Positions 28,894-37,678 of a DNA stretch of 64,000 nucleotides are shown here, in pieces. Position numbers and translations under genes: made by a program. The stretch spans positions 199,805-263,804 of the forward strand of contig CAYVEK010000002.1 in assembly GCA_964450605.1 (NCBI GenBank), written 5' to 3'. Source of the DNA: an uncultured Candidatus Saccharibacteria bacterium. GTDB taxonomy: Bacteria; Patescibacteriota; Minisyncoccia; Phycocordibacterales; CAIZLB01. How positions within the stretch are numbered: position 1 is the stretch's first letter; each line of letters begins with the position of its first letter. The notes under the pieces are model-generated. The model was not told the DNA's origin and made no database searches. It worked only from the letters and a program-made list of their open reading frames with translations.

Positions 28894-31281
28894 TTACTCA
28901 ACCACCTGCCCTCCTCCCTGTCCAGCTGTTGTAATACCGTCAACACCTCCACTTATCGTGGTTTGGGTAAACGAATCAGTAGCATCTATACGTGGACCTA
29001 TTAACACCACCGGTTCTGATTCTTTTTGCACAAGACTTGGAGTAAATCCAAACTCAAAATAAAACTCAACGGGTTTTTGTTCTGAACCAGTGCCTGCAGG
29101 TATTTCACCCATTTGTATAGTTATTTCTCTTTTTGCAGTATTGAAGTAAATACTCTTTGCATTTATATTGCTACTATATTTATTTTTCCAAGTTGCATTT
29201 GGAGGGAGCTTAGCAGTAAAAACAGTTCCTTTAACAGCATTTGCAGTATTTGTAATACGCCCAACATACCTAAATGTGGTTTCCGTGTTTACTTTGGTTG
29301 GAACTGGACCAGACACATGTTCTATATAAGATTCGAGTGCCAGATCTGTCATGAGACGCAACTCTCTTGATGTGTCATATGTTATTTCTTCAGGTACATT
29401 GTTTTCATTTAGACGTTTTGCCTTTACTGTTATTACAAAACTTGAACCAGCTCTTCGCATTATATTTACAAGATCATCTCTTGACTTAATAACGTCAACA
29501 TTAAATGAAAGGTCTCTTCTTTGTCCGGGTTCAATTACAGCAAGTTCTGTTTTTTGAGACTGATCCCAAAATACAATATCATCAGATGAGCGGTAAAATC
29601 CTCCGTCAGGAGCAACTTTTGTTCTATCAATCAAAGTTCCTGCCAAACGCATTTCAACAACAACATCTGTAAGAGTATTCTTTAGATTATTTACAATAAC
29701 AATATTTCCTCGCAAACCATCTCCATACTTTACAGCCAATGGACCAGATACAGTACCATCGAGATCCAATGTTGTAAGTACAAAAGGGTCTTTTATTGAA
29801 ACCTTTTGGTCTTGCGTTGCAATAACTGTACTCATCTGACCTGTTTTAGGATCAGACACTCCAAGTGTAAATCTAAAGTTTTTATCAAGATTTGAAGTTC
29901 CAATCAAAACACCTTTTAGTTTTATAGTCCTTGCCCCGAGTGCCTCTATATCACCTATATTCCAGATATTATTATCACCCACAGGTTTTATATTTGATTC
30001 AGTAAGCTTATATCCAAACGGATATTCAACCTTTAGTTGAACATTTTTTATAGGCTCACTAGAGTTAGAAACAACTTCTACATCAAAAACAAGCTCTTTA
30101 TTATTTGTGATTTCCTTAACATTTGTAATCTTGGTCGTAAGAGGAGATCCTGCAATAGTGATACCTACTTTCTTATCTTTACTGAAAATATTTGTGGAAT
30201 CAGCAATATTAAATTCAAAAGAATACATTATATTCTTTTTCAGATTTTGTTCACCAAAAAATACAGCACTCAATTTTCTTCGAACAGTTTGACCTGCAGG
30301 AACTTCTCCGATGTCTATTCTTTGATTATTTAGATTCAAAGTTCTATCTTCCGGATTTTTGGTGCCATCAGGATATTGAACTACAAGATCTGCTTGTATA
30401 AGTTCAGCAGAGTTGTTGTTTGTGATATCAACCAAAAACTCACTAACCTCACCTGAAACTACAGATACTGGACCAGTAACCTTGATATCTATCTTATCTG
30501 GAGATATAACATTTGTACCTCGTTCAAAGTGAATATACGCATAGCCCAGAGCTCCAACAAAAAACAGTAATACAAACGTAAACAAGACAGAACCGAAGGT
30601 CAGACGTTTAACTTTTTCAACCTTTTGTGCACGCACGAGTTCTTGTTGTGTTTTGGTCAGAGGTTTCTGTTCCGCAGCGTGAGGTTTAAAATCTTTATTT
30701 AAAGTTTCCAGACTTCTATCTCCCACTCTATATATATGTATCTCAGGCTTTGGCTCAGTCTCTTTTTCTTCAACCCCTGCTGATTCGATAGGAACAGGAT
30801 TTTCTTTTTTACCAAGGTTTGGATATATACTACTCTCAGCTTGTGCTGCTGCATACTTCAAAGTAACATCTTGGGCAGCTAGTCTCTTTTTTGTATTTTC
30901 AGCTCTGTCTTGTGAGAACTTTTCACTTAGAAATTGACCTATCGATTGCTTTTTTTCTACTGAGCCCGACTGTACAGATGTACTTATAGGTTTTTTATCA
31001 GCATTTGTTTGTTCAGCCTGACTATAATGCCCGTATATCCCCTTGCCCATACCCGTATCATACAGAGACCCCGCACCAGATGCCGACTCTTCTTCTTGTT
31101 TTATTTTTTTATCTTTCTCCTTTTCTTCCTTTATTTTCTGATCAACATCATCCCAGTTTGTACTTATATTCTCTTTATGTGCATGCAAATTATTATCACG
31201 CACAGCAGATGTGTGTATATTTTTTGAATATAACTTCTTTTTTAATTCTTCTATACGTAATAATTCTTCTTCACTTGCCAT
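28894..31281 (-). CDS. Single-pass membrane protein with a disordered N-terminus and several extracellular Ig-like domains
   Basis: TM near residue 230-250; repeated beta-sandwich patterns (NNIWNIGDIEA, ELAVIEPGQR). Confidence 0.8.
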   Translation of the reverse strand: MASEEELLRIEELKKKLYSKNIHTSAVRDNNLHAHKENISTNWDDVDQKIKEEKEKDKKIKQEEESASGAGSLYDTGMGKGIYGHYSQAEQTNADKKPISTSVQSGSVEKKQSIGQFLSEKFSQDRAENTKKRLAAQDVTLKYAAAQAESSIYPNLGKKENPVPIESAGVEEKETEPKPEIHIYRVGDRSLETLNKDFKPHAAEQKPLTKTQQELVRAQKVEKVKRLTFGSVLFTFVLLFFVGALGYAYIHFERGTNVISPDKIDIKVTGPVSVVSGEVSEFLVDITNNNSAELIQADLVVQYPDGTKNPEDRTLNLNNQRIDIGEVPAGQTVRRKLSAVFFGEQNLKKNIMYSFEFNIADSTNIFSKDKKVGITIAGSPLTTKITNVKEITNNKELVFDVEVVSNSSEPIKNVQLKVEYPFGYKLTESNIKPVGDNNIWNIGDIEALGARTIKLKGVLIGTSNLDKNFRFTLGVSDPKTGQMSTVIATQDQKVSIKDPFVLTTLDLDGTVSGPLAVKYGDGLRGNIVIVNNLKNTLTDVVVEMRLAGTLIDRTKVAPDGGFYRSSDDIVFWDQSQKTELAVIEPGQRRDLSFNVDVIKSRDDLVNIMRRAGSSFVITVKAKRLNENNVPEEITYDTSRELRLMTDLALESYIEHVSGPVPTKVNTETTFRYVGRITNTANAVKGTVFTAKLPPNATWKNKYSSNINAKSIYFNTAKREITIQMGEIPAGTGSEQKPVEFYFEFGFTPSLVQKESEPVVLIGPRIDATDSFTQTTISGGVDGITTAGQGGGQVVE

Positions 31282-31330
31282 ATATATGTATATTGTAAAT
31301 GGAAAAACAATTATTCGCTAATAGTATGTA

Positions 31331-33130
31331 CTAATAAATAGTCACATATCCAACTGAGTCACCTCCAAGTCTTCGAGCAGCAGTAGTTCCTGAAGGACAA
31401 TATCCTTCACAATATGATCTATCATATATATCTAAGAACAAAGTATACTGTCCTGGCTGTAGCACATTTGCGATATCTCCTGAATATAGAGTATCGAGTC
31501 TAACATCAATGATTCCATTTGATGGAACCTGTACCTGTTTCAATGTTCCGGTTGTACCGTTTACAGATGTAAGTCTTACAACAGCATATGCACCAGAAGG
31601 AATATTTGCTGAAGAGAAACGTATAGACTGATTACTATTTCTATACCATACTTCTCCACCGATAGGATTTGTTAGATCAACCCAAACAGTTGTTCCGGCT
31701 GTTGTTACATTGAAATAGCTACTGTAACCTATACGTTGACCGTATGTAGATCCTTGATCTATAACTGCAATTCTATATGAGCCTGGTGACACATCAGCTG
31801 GAATAAGTATAGATGAATCGCCTGCTCCATATGCAACTAAATATTTTGAATATATAACCCTTCCTTGATTGTCATACAGATAGGCATACAACGGACCAGT
31901 GTTGGCGTTTGGATTCCAACTAAACGCGATAGAATCTCCTGGTTTAAAGACAGAGTTTGATGATTGTATAGAAACAGTTATACCAGTTGAATTTGAATTA
32001 CTTCCTGTTCCAAGACGGAAATATGCATCACTTTCATCTTTAATCGCCTCATACCAGTTTGAATATCCTGTGTATGTTATAGGTTTATTTGAAATAAATA
32101 CTTTATAGTAACCAGTGTTTAACCTTATTGTATTTCCAAGTGCAGTTTGGTTGAGACATGGTTGATTTTGTACGGGACGAAATGAAAATACTTGAGATAA
32201 CATCGGCGCTGAGCCTAGATAACAAAGCGGACCATTGCTGTCCTGTAAGGCAACATATGCAGTATCATTACTTCCAAAACCTGTTGATGTCCAACGAAGA
32301 GTATAATCATTTCCAAAAATTAATTCTTCCGATCCAGAATTTGGATATGTGACTTGTATAGACTGATAACTTGTGTTTGGCACATTTGCAGTATTTATAG
32401 AAATCCAATCATCACTCATATCAGAATACTGACCTGTAGCACTTCTTATAGATACTTTGTATCGACCTGTCTGTAATCCATATTGATTTGGATTAAGTGT
32501 TAGCGAGTAGATACCATTTACAAGTGGAACACTTGCTATAAAGATAGGTGCCGGCATTTCCATAGTACAGTAATATCCTGATGGACAGACTTTTTCTCTT
32601 TCAAGATATATATTTACTGTCTCGTTTGTTACATACACCTGTGGAACAACCCATCGTATATCATATGTTCGACCGATCTCCCAGTTCTCTCTACCGTTTG
32701 GAGATATAAGCTGAAAAGCTTGAGGATTATTTGGATTTGGATAACCTGTATTTGCACAACTGATATTTGCAATGGCGTTTCTGGTTGCAAGGTTTACAAC
32801 ACCGTTTGGCACTAAACCTTGATTACGTTGAAACTGCTGAACAGCTTTACGTGTAGAAACTCCGAAATATCCTGAAGGTGCCGTCTGTAGATAGCCACTA
32901 GAGTTTAAGAATGACTGAAGCTGTGATATGGGGCCTGGCGCAAATGTATATGTCCTATCTCGCATACCAAAACGTAGGGTTTGGTTGAGCTGTACACAGC
33001 TTACAGGATAATAATACCCTCCTTGATATGAAGTAGTGTATGGATATGTATATGACGTTTGAGCTTGGACTACTGATACTTGTAGAACAAAGGCTATAAC
33101 CGCTATGAATGTAAAAATATACTTTTTCAT
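31331..33130 (-). CDS. Secreted PG-binding protein with Ig-like (SPNGxExW) repeats
   Basis: Signal MKKYIFTF...AQ; LQSFLN...GYFGVSTRKAVQQFQ; ISPNGRENW, YPNSGSE, NPIGGEVW. Start set at 33130 by TGcTATAAT 6 nt upstream. Confidence 0.85.
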   Translation of the reverse strand: MKKYIFTFIAVIAFVLQVSVVQAQTSYTYPYTTSYQGGYYYPVSCVQLNQTLRFGMRDRTYTFAPGPISQLQSFLNSSGYLQTAPSGYFGVSTRKAVQQFQRNQGLVPNGVVNLATRNAIANISCANTGYPNPNNPQAFQLISPNGRENWEIGRTYDIRWVVPQVYVTNETVNIYLEREKVCPSGYYCTMEMPAPIFIASVPLVNGIYSLTLNPNQYGLQTGRYKVSIRSATGQYSDMSDDWISINTANVPNTSYQSIQVTYPNSGSEELIFGNDYTLRWTSTGFGSNDTAYVALQDSNGPLCYLGSAPMLSQVFSFRPVQNQPCLNQTALGNTIRLNTGYYKVFISNKPITYTGYSNWYEAIKDESDAYFRLGTGSNSNSTGITVSIQSSNSVFKPGDSIAFSWNPNANTGPLYAYLYDNQGRVIYSKYLVAYGAGDSSILIPADVSPGSYRIAVIDQGSTYGQRIGYSSYFNVTTAGTTVWVDLTNPIGGEVWYRNSNQSIRFSSANIPSGAYAVVRLTSVNGTTGTLKQVQVPSNGIIDVRLDTLYSGDIANVLQPGQYTLFLDIYDRSYCEGYCPSGTTAARRLGGDSVGYVTIY

Positions 33131-33179
33131 ATGGGTATTATAGCACGGGTGTCGAGGGGGTGTTGAAGAGATTTTCTTT

Positions 33180-33668
33180 TCACTGAATTGACGTTTCAGA
33201 AATAAGGATATGTATAGCCTCAAAAACATCTTTGAACTGAGAATCATATTTTTGTTCCAAATCTCTTATTTTTTGATTAAGGTCGCTATAGTTTAACGAC
33301 ATCTTTCTCATTAAAACAAAAGCTCTCATTATCTGAATATTTACCTGTACAGCTCTCTTACTTGACAATACGCTTGACAGCATAGCAATACCCTGTTCAG
33401 TGAAAACAAAAGAATTTGTTCGTCTTTTTGCGTTTTTATTTTGTAATTTTGCGGTCACAAATTGTGACCGCAAAATATTTTCTGTGGATAATCTGTTTAT
33501 AACGAACATAAAATCAATAGGAAACCTATCTATATTTCTTTTAACGGCTTGGTTTAGAGCTTTTGTAGTTACTCCATATAATTCGGCTAAATCATAGTCA
33601 AACATAACCCTCTGATCATTATATTCAAATATCTTTGAATGGATTTTTTCTAAATCGTTATTTTTCAT
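33180..33668 (-). CDS. ORF6N domain DNA-binding protein
   Basis: RVMFDYDLAELYGVTTKALNQAVKRNIDRFPIDFMF...LRSQFVT...FTEQGIAMLSSVLSS. Confidence 0.92.
   Translation of the reverse strand: MKNNDLEKIHSKIFEYNDQRVMFDYDLAELYGVTTKALNQAVKRNIDRFPIDFMFVINRLSTENILRSQFVTAKLQNKNAKRRTNSFVFTEQGIAMLSSVLSSKRAVQVNIQIMRAFVLMRKMSLNYSDLNQKIRDLEQKYDSQFKDVFEAIHILISETSIQ
33446..33476. repeat. Perfect palindrome inside ORF6N (15-bp arms)
   Basis: ATTTTGCGGTCACAA-A-TTGTGACCGCAAAAT. Confidence 0.95.
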
Positions 33669-33736
33669 TCATATATTTATATATCAACATAGATAAAATA
33701 ATTCCGAAGAAATGATAAATTAAATATGAGCAGACT

Positions 33737-33765
33737 TCTTGAAGTCACAATCTGTGACTTCAAGA
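33737..33765. promoter_or_regulatory. Intergenic palindrome with the same GTCACA-N3-TGTGAC core as the one inside ORF6N
   Basis: TCTTGAAGTCACA-ATC-TGTGACTTCAAGA, about 70 bp upstream of the ORF6N start. Confidence 0.7.
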
Positions 33766-33809
33766 TTTAGTTTTTGAACCATTAGAAACTCTACCATACA
33801 CCTCTCCTT

Positions 33810-34163
33810 CTATTTATTACATATTTCCTTCATCCTTACCTTGAGTAATTTAACTATGATACTTTTCGGAACCTCCTTGTCATACGGAACACGAACACAT
33901 CCTTTTGATGTAGAAAAATCTTTGAGCAATTCTTTACATGTTTCTATAGGGCCTGATGTTGGATATAAACCAAGATGTCCTTTCATTGAAGCAAAGTAAA
34001 AAAGCGGTTGCCCGTTCCATTTGTAGGCAGGTATACCGTAAGCGATCTCTTCTTTTGCGTCAGGCACGGTTTCTTTAACAATCTTTCGAACAGTTTTAAG
34101 ATGCGGTTGGTGCAGTTTATTTGCTGATGAGATATATGAGGAGATGGTTTTGTGTGGAGTCAT
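33810..34163 (-). CDS. DUF1801 (YdhG-like) protein
   Basis: VPDAKEEIAYGIPAY...FASMKGHLGLYP...SKGCVRVP. Confidence 0.88.
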   Translation of the reverse strand: MTPHKTISSYISSANKLHQPHLKTVRKIVKETVPDAKEEIAYGIPAYKWNGQPLFYFASMKGHLGLYPTSGPIETCKELLKDFSTSKGCVRVPYDKEVPKSIIVKLLKVRMKEICNK

Positions 34164-34178
34164 ATATAAAATTGTAAC

Positions 34179-34206
34179 AAAAAAGTGAGGGGCTGGTGAG
34201 CCCCTC
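34179..34206 (-). terminator. Intrinsic terminator
   Basis: Minus strand GAGGGGCT-CACC-AGCCCCTC-ACTTTTTT. Confidence 0.75.
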
Positions 34207-34220
34207 CCTCGAGGAAACGA

Positions 34221-34409
34221 TCATCTGCGGTGTGCAAACCAACCTGGCCATAGAAGCATGAATCTTATTTTCTTTATGGTTTCCCATAACAACTGAATGC
34301 TGGGCGGCCTTTTGAAGTTTTCAATCGGAATATTGACAAACCTCCACACCACGACAAGATTTCCAATTATCAGGTAAAGAAGAGTAACTGTTAGTAAAAG
34401 GTCTTTCAT
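34221..34409 (-). CDS. Small hypothetical membrane protein (62 aa)
   Basis: MKDLLLTVTLLYLIIGNLVVVW...MLLWPGWF, followed by the terminator. Confidence 0.55.
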   Translation of the reverse strand: MKDLLLTVTLLYLIIGNLVVVWRFVNIPIENFKRPPSIQLLWETIKKIRFMLLWPGWFAHRR

Positions 34410-34468
34410 AGGGGTATCGGATTTATCTAAACTATAACCCAATTTAAGATAAATACAACCTGAAAAAT

Positions 34469-34894
34469 TTAGATTTTTTCCTTTTCCTTTCTTGTCAGGA
34501 AGACAATTCCCAAAACAACACAAATGAAAAATGTTAGAGTCATTAAAAAATTTACAAAAAACCACAGGGATAAAGGACTTGCTGTAGTTGGATTTTTTGG
34601 ATCAAAATATATAGTTACATTTGATCCTATTGGATATATATCCTGGTACCTTGATATATGTGTATAGAAATAGCTATTTCCTTGATTATCAAAATACTGA
34701 ATTTTGACCATAGGTTTTCTATATGTACATGTAGGTCGACACATAGGATCAACTACTATTCCCTGTGTTTTGTCTCCCGCCACAAAAACATACATCTCTT
34801 TACCATACTGAAATAGACCGATGAGACAAAGTAGTGCTAAAAAGCTTAGAAGTAGCGTGTTGTACCAGCTCGAGTGTCGATATGATTTTGCCAT
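34469..34894 (-). CDS. DUF3592-like membrane protein
   Basis: TM, TQGIVVD...YPIGSNVTIYFDPKNP, TM. Confidence 0.75.
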   Translation of the reverse strand: MAKSYRHSSWYNTLLLSFLALLCLIGLFQYGKEMYVFVAGDKTQGIVVDPMCRPTCTYRKPMVKIQYFDNQGNSYFYTHISRYQDIYPIGSNVTIYFDPKNPTTASPLSLWFFVNFLMTLTFFICVVLGIVFLTRKEKEKI

Positions 34895-34901
34895 GTGTAT
34901 A

Positions 34902-35456
34902 TTATATATTGGTTTTACTCTCAAACCATCCATATGCCTCCTTTTCTATTTCATCTAAAAATGGCTTTTTTGCAGCCCTGTATGCAGGATAATCATCGGG
35001 ATATTTCTGAAAATTTAACTCCTTGAGATCTGCATACTGTTTTGCTTTTTCTGGAAAAGCTCTAAAAAAATCTCTCATTATTAAAAATTGCTTAACTTTT
35101 GGAGCATTTGCTTCACAGACATGAATATTTTCTAATTTTTCCCCATCTGGACCACACTTAAAAAATATAATTGTATTTGGAGCGATATAGTTCTCTCCCC
35201 AATCATAGCCAACATCAACCATCTTGTCGATTTGCTCTGATATGTTTTTTATATCTTTAACGATTATCAAAACATCTATTATAGGTTTTGCTCTCATGCC
35301 AGGTATCGAGGTACTTCCAATATGCTCGATCTGAATAGCTTTTTCTCCAAAGATTTCAGATATATTTTTTTTAATTATTTCAAACTTTGTAATCCAGTTT
35401 GGGTCGTATGAGGAAAATAAGTATTTTCTTTTTATAGTTTTGTCTAGTTCTTTCAT
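34902..35456 (-). CDS. GrpB family (nucleotidyltransferase fold) protein
   Basis: YDPNW...IEHIGSTSIPGMRAKPIIDV...Y...K; start placed at ATG 35456. Confidence 0.9.
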   Translation of the reverse strand: MKELDKTIKRKYLFSSYDPNWITKFEIIKKNISEIFGEKAIQIEHIGSTSIPGMRAKPIIDVLIIVKDIKNISEQIDKMVDVGYDWGENYIAPNTIIFFKCGPDGEKLENIHVCEANAPKVKQFLIMRDFFRAFPEKAKQYADLKELNFQKYPDDYPAYRAAKKPFLDEIEKEAYGWFESKTNI

Positions 35457-35474
35457 TGGTTTGATTATAATTAG

Positions 35475-35561
35475 AGTCACAAAACGACTTCGGTCCGACT
35501 CTGTGTCTAAAAAATACAGAGGTAACAAGGAGTTCAAGGAAGCAATTCCTTGAACTTTTTT
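35475..35561 (+). ncRNA. Candidate structured small RNA
   Basis: TATAAT at 35466-35471, then GAC-TTCG-GTC, CTCTGTGT/ATACAGAG stem and AGTTCAAGGAA-GCAA-TTCCTTGAACT-TTTTT terminator; G-U pairs favour the + strand. Confidence 0.45.
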
Positions 35562-35565
35562 GTAA

Positions 35566-36300
35566 CTATATTTCCACAAACAACGCAGCATGATCGGAAA
35601 CCTCATCAGGCAAAACTTTAAAATCTTTAACCTCAAGATCTGGAGAAACAAAAACATAATCCGCAAACTTTTCTTCCTTTGTATAAAAACTTGTTCTTGT
35701 AGAAGAAACACCATACTCCGCTATGAGGTTTTTTAGATTTAATTCTTTTTCAATCATCTGTAGACTTTCTGTATCAGGCCTTAGATTAAAATCACCTGCC
35801 AACACAACGTTGTGAGAAATCTGTTTAATAAAATTAACAATTCTTTTTGACTGATTTATACGATCTTCTGTATCTGTCTTACCTTGCCCATTCCACAACC
35901 CGTGGAAATTTAAAACAGTAAGATCCTGTTCTTTATGCTTAATTTTTATATATTGAAGATTTTTACCTGATGTGGCACCATCTTTTCCAACCAAAGAATT
36001 TTTCTCACGATGCACGAAGATGTCACCCATCTCTTCAATATCAATATCTTTTTTTATAAAAACTGCTAGCCCCCACTCATCAGCTTCTGCCGGTGCAAAA
36101 TATCCAACATGATCAGGTAGAGTATCAATGATCTCTGAGAATATTTCCGTCCTGTCTTTTTCTGACCAAGCTGTAATATGTGTTCCCTGGTGAAAAACTT
36201 CTTGTAGTAGGAAGATGTCTGTATCTGAATACCTGTGGAAAAAATCAAGTAAACTATCTCCTACTTGCCCTCCCCAGATGTTTAAGGAAATGATTTTCAT
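35566..36300 (-). CDS. Endonuclease/exonuclease/phosphatase family protein
   Basis: SLNIW, LLQEV, LAGDFN, ADYVFVS, SDH. Confidence 0.93.
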   Translation of the reverse strand: MKIISLNIWGGQVGDSLLDFFHRYSDTDIFLLQEVFHQGTHITAWSEKDRTEIFSEIIDTLPDHVGYFAPAEADEWGLAVFIKKDIDIEEMGDIFVHREKNSLVGKDGATSGKNLQYIKIKHKEQDLTVLNFHGLWNGQGKTDTEDRINQSKRIVNFIKQISHNVVLAGDFNLRPDTESLQMIEKELNLKNLIAEYGVSSTRTSFYTKEEKFADYVFVSPDLEVKDFKVLPDEVSDHAALFVEI

Positions 36301-36317
36301 GGGGGTATTATAGCATT

Positions 36318-36947
36318 TTAATCAAGTGTTTCGATCGACCAAACCCGACTCCATCGTTTCCATCTTTTTTGAATAATAACCTTGGGCAGTCTCATGTAAA
36401 ATCTATTATCTGGGGTTAGTTTTTCGTATTCAAGCATCGACAATTGATGAGTATCAAAAACATATAGATTTTCTTCATCATATCCATATACAAACATCAC
36501 ATGATCTAGTAGACCTCCAAACTTTAATGCGATATCAACTCCAGATACCTTACCAGTATCTACCCTACTCTCAATCATTTTGATACCATCTTCATACTTC
36601 ATTCGAGAAAATAATAAAACGTACACCAACTTAAAAAAGTTATTTACTTTTAATTTATTTACCTCCAAACGGAAACCTAAAGATTTTAGAAACATGGGTA
36701 ATTTAAAAAACTGAATCTGTGTCCAGGCAAATAATGCCGAATATACCCCTTTAAAGTTGACGCCAAACAATTTTTTAGAATCTATCTGTTCTGGATTATT
36801 AATATTTTGATTAAACTGTTGTGGTGCATAATAATGTAAAGCATAGTATAGAAAATCTCTACCACACTTATTACGAACAGATATGCCTTTATTTTTTTCA
36901 CGTTGTACAAAACCAAAAGTATCTAAATTAATTGGAAGATGGATCAT
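36318..36947 (-). CDS. Hypothetical protein with a possible C39/papain-like peptidase fold
   Basis: VQ...KCG...DHVMFVYGYD...YVFD spacing of Cys, His and Asp. Confidence 0.55.
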   Translation of the reverse strand: MIHLPINLDTFGFVQREKNKGISVRNKCGRDFLYYALHYYAPQQFNQNINNPEQIDSKKLFGVNFKGVYSALFAWTQIQFFKLPMFLKSLGFRLEVNKLKVNNFFKLVYVLLFSRMKYEDGIKMIESRVDTGKVSGVDIALKFGGLLDHVMFVYGYDEENLYVFDTHQLSMLEYEKLTPDNRFYMRLPKVIIQKRWKRWSRVWSIETLD

Positions 36948-37012
36948 GTGTAGATATTAACATATTAACAAACTAAACCATTCTGGTTATACTCAACACT
37001 TTATTTCCCTAG

Positions 37013-37099
37013 CGGAGGAAGTGGGATTCGAACCCACGGGGCAATTTCTCACCCGACAGTTTAGTAAACTGTTGATTTAAACCACTCATCCATTCCTCC
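37013..37099 (-). tRNA. tRNA-Ser with ACT anticodon
   Basis: GGAGGAA...ACAGT-TTACTAA-ACTGT, long variable arm, GGTTCGAATCC, G73. Confidence 0.88.
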
Positions 37100-37145
37100 A
37101 AACGATGTGGACACTATAGCATAAGACTCCTATAAAATCACCTTG

Positions 37146-37173
37146 TTGACAGGAGATTAATTATCAATATAAT
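37146..37173 (+). promoter_or_regulatory. Consensus sigma70 promoter pointing at the toxin 3' end
   Basis: TTGACA(37146-37151)-N16-TATAAT(37168-37173); no + strand ORF follows. Confidence 0.7.
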
Positions 37174-37178
37174 AATAA

Positions 37179-37235
37179 GTATCAATGGGTTATCCCACAC
37201 GCTGGAACAGCAAAACTGTTCCGGCCTAATTTTTT
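37179..37235 (+). ncRNA. Candidate ~55-nt small RNA convergent with the pemK/mazF-like gene
   Basis: TGGG-TTAT-CCCA hairpin, then GCTGGAACAG-CAAAA-CTGTTCCGGC stem (U-G wobble only on +) and a T tract at 37230-37235. Confidence 0.5.
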
Positions 37236-37618
37236 AATAAGTTCATAATCATTAATCTTATTAACTCTAAATCTTTTTTAGAAATGTAGCCAACAAACTC
37301 ATCTAATCTTTTACTGTCCAAAACTCTTAACTGAGATATTAGAGCTGATTGTTTAACATTCTGTAATGTTACAATCACATAATATTTATTGTCTTTTATC
37401 ACAGTGCTCATGGGAACTCCCCAAAAAAGATTATTGTTGAACTTTTTAACAATCAAAACAGGTCTTCTAAAATATACACCTTTTCCGTTTTGTTCATATC
37501 CTATATTCTCACCCAAAGAACACCAAAATACCTGCCCTTCTGCTATGTATTTTACATTTCTATGTTGTTCATTTATATTTATCTTTTTGTAAATCCATTC
37601 TAAAAATCTTGCTACCAT
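37226..37618 (-). CDS. PemK/MazF family toxin with no adjacent antitoxin gene
   Basis: GQVFWCSLGENIGYEQNGKG..FRRPVLIVKK...GVPMST...SQLRVLDSKRL. Confidence 0.9.
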   Translation of the reverse strand: MVARFLEWIYKKININEQHRNVKYIAEGQVFWCSLGENIGYEQNGKGVYFRRPVLIVKKFNNNLFWGVPMSTVIKDNKYYVIVTLQNVKQSALISQLRVLDSKRLDEFVGYISKKDLELIRLMIMNLLKN

Positions 37619-37678
37619 CTGACAATGGTAACAAAAGTTCCATAAAGTTTTGATAAATAAAATATAAAGAAAAGATAA

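Noticed and set aside
35457-35714. N-terminal extensions in the ORF track (GrpB, and likewise 12571, 33247, 34565, 58858)
   Set aside because: They overlap neighbouring genes; downstream ATGs, most with an adjacent -10 box, fit better.
33180-37000. Integron cassette array
   Set aside because: No integron integrase, and no consistent attC R-box/L-box structure between the genes.
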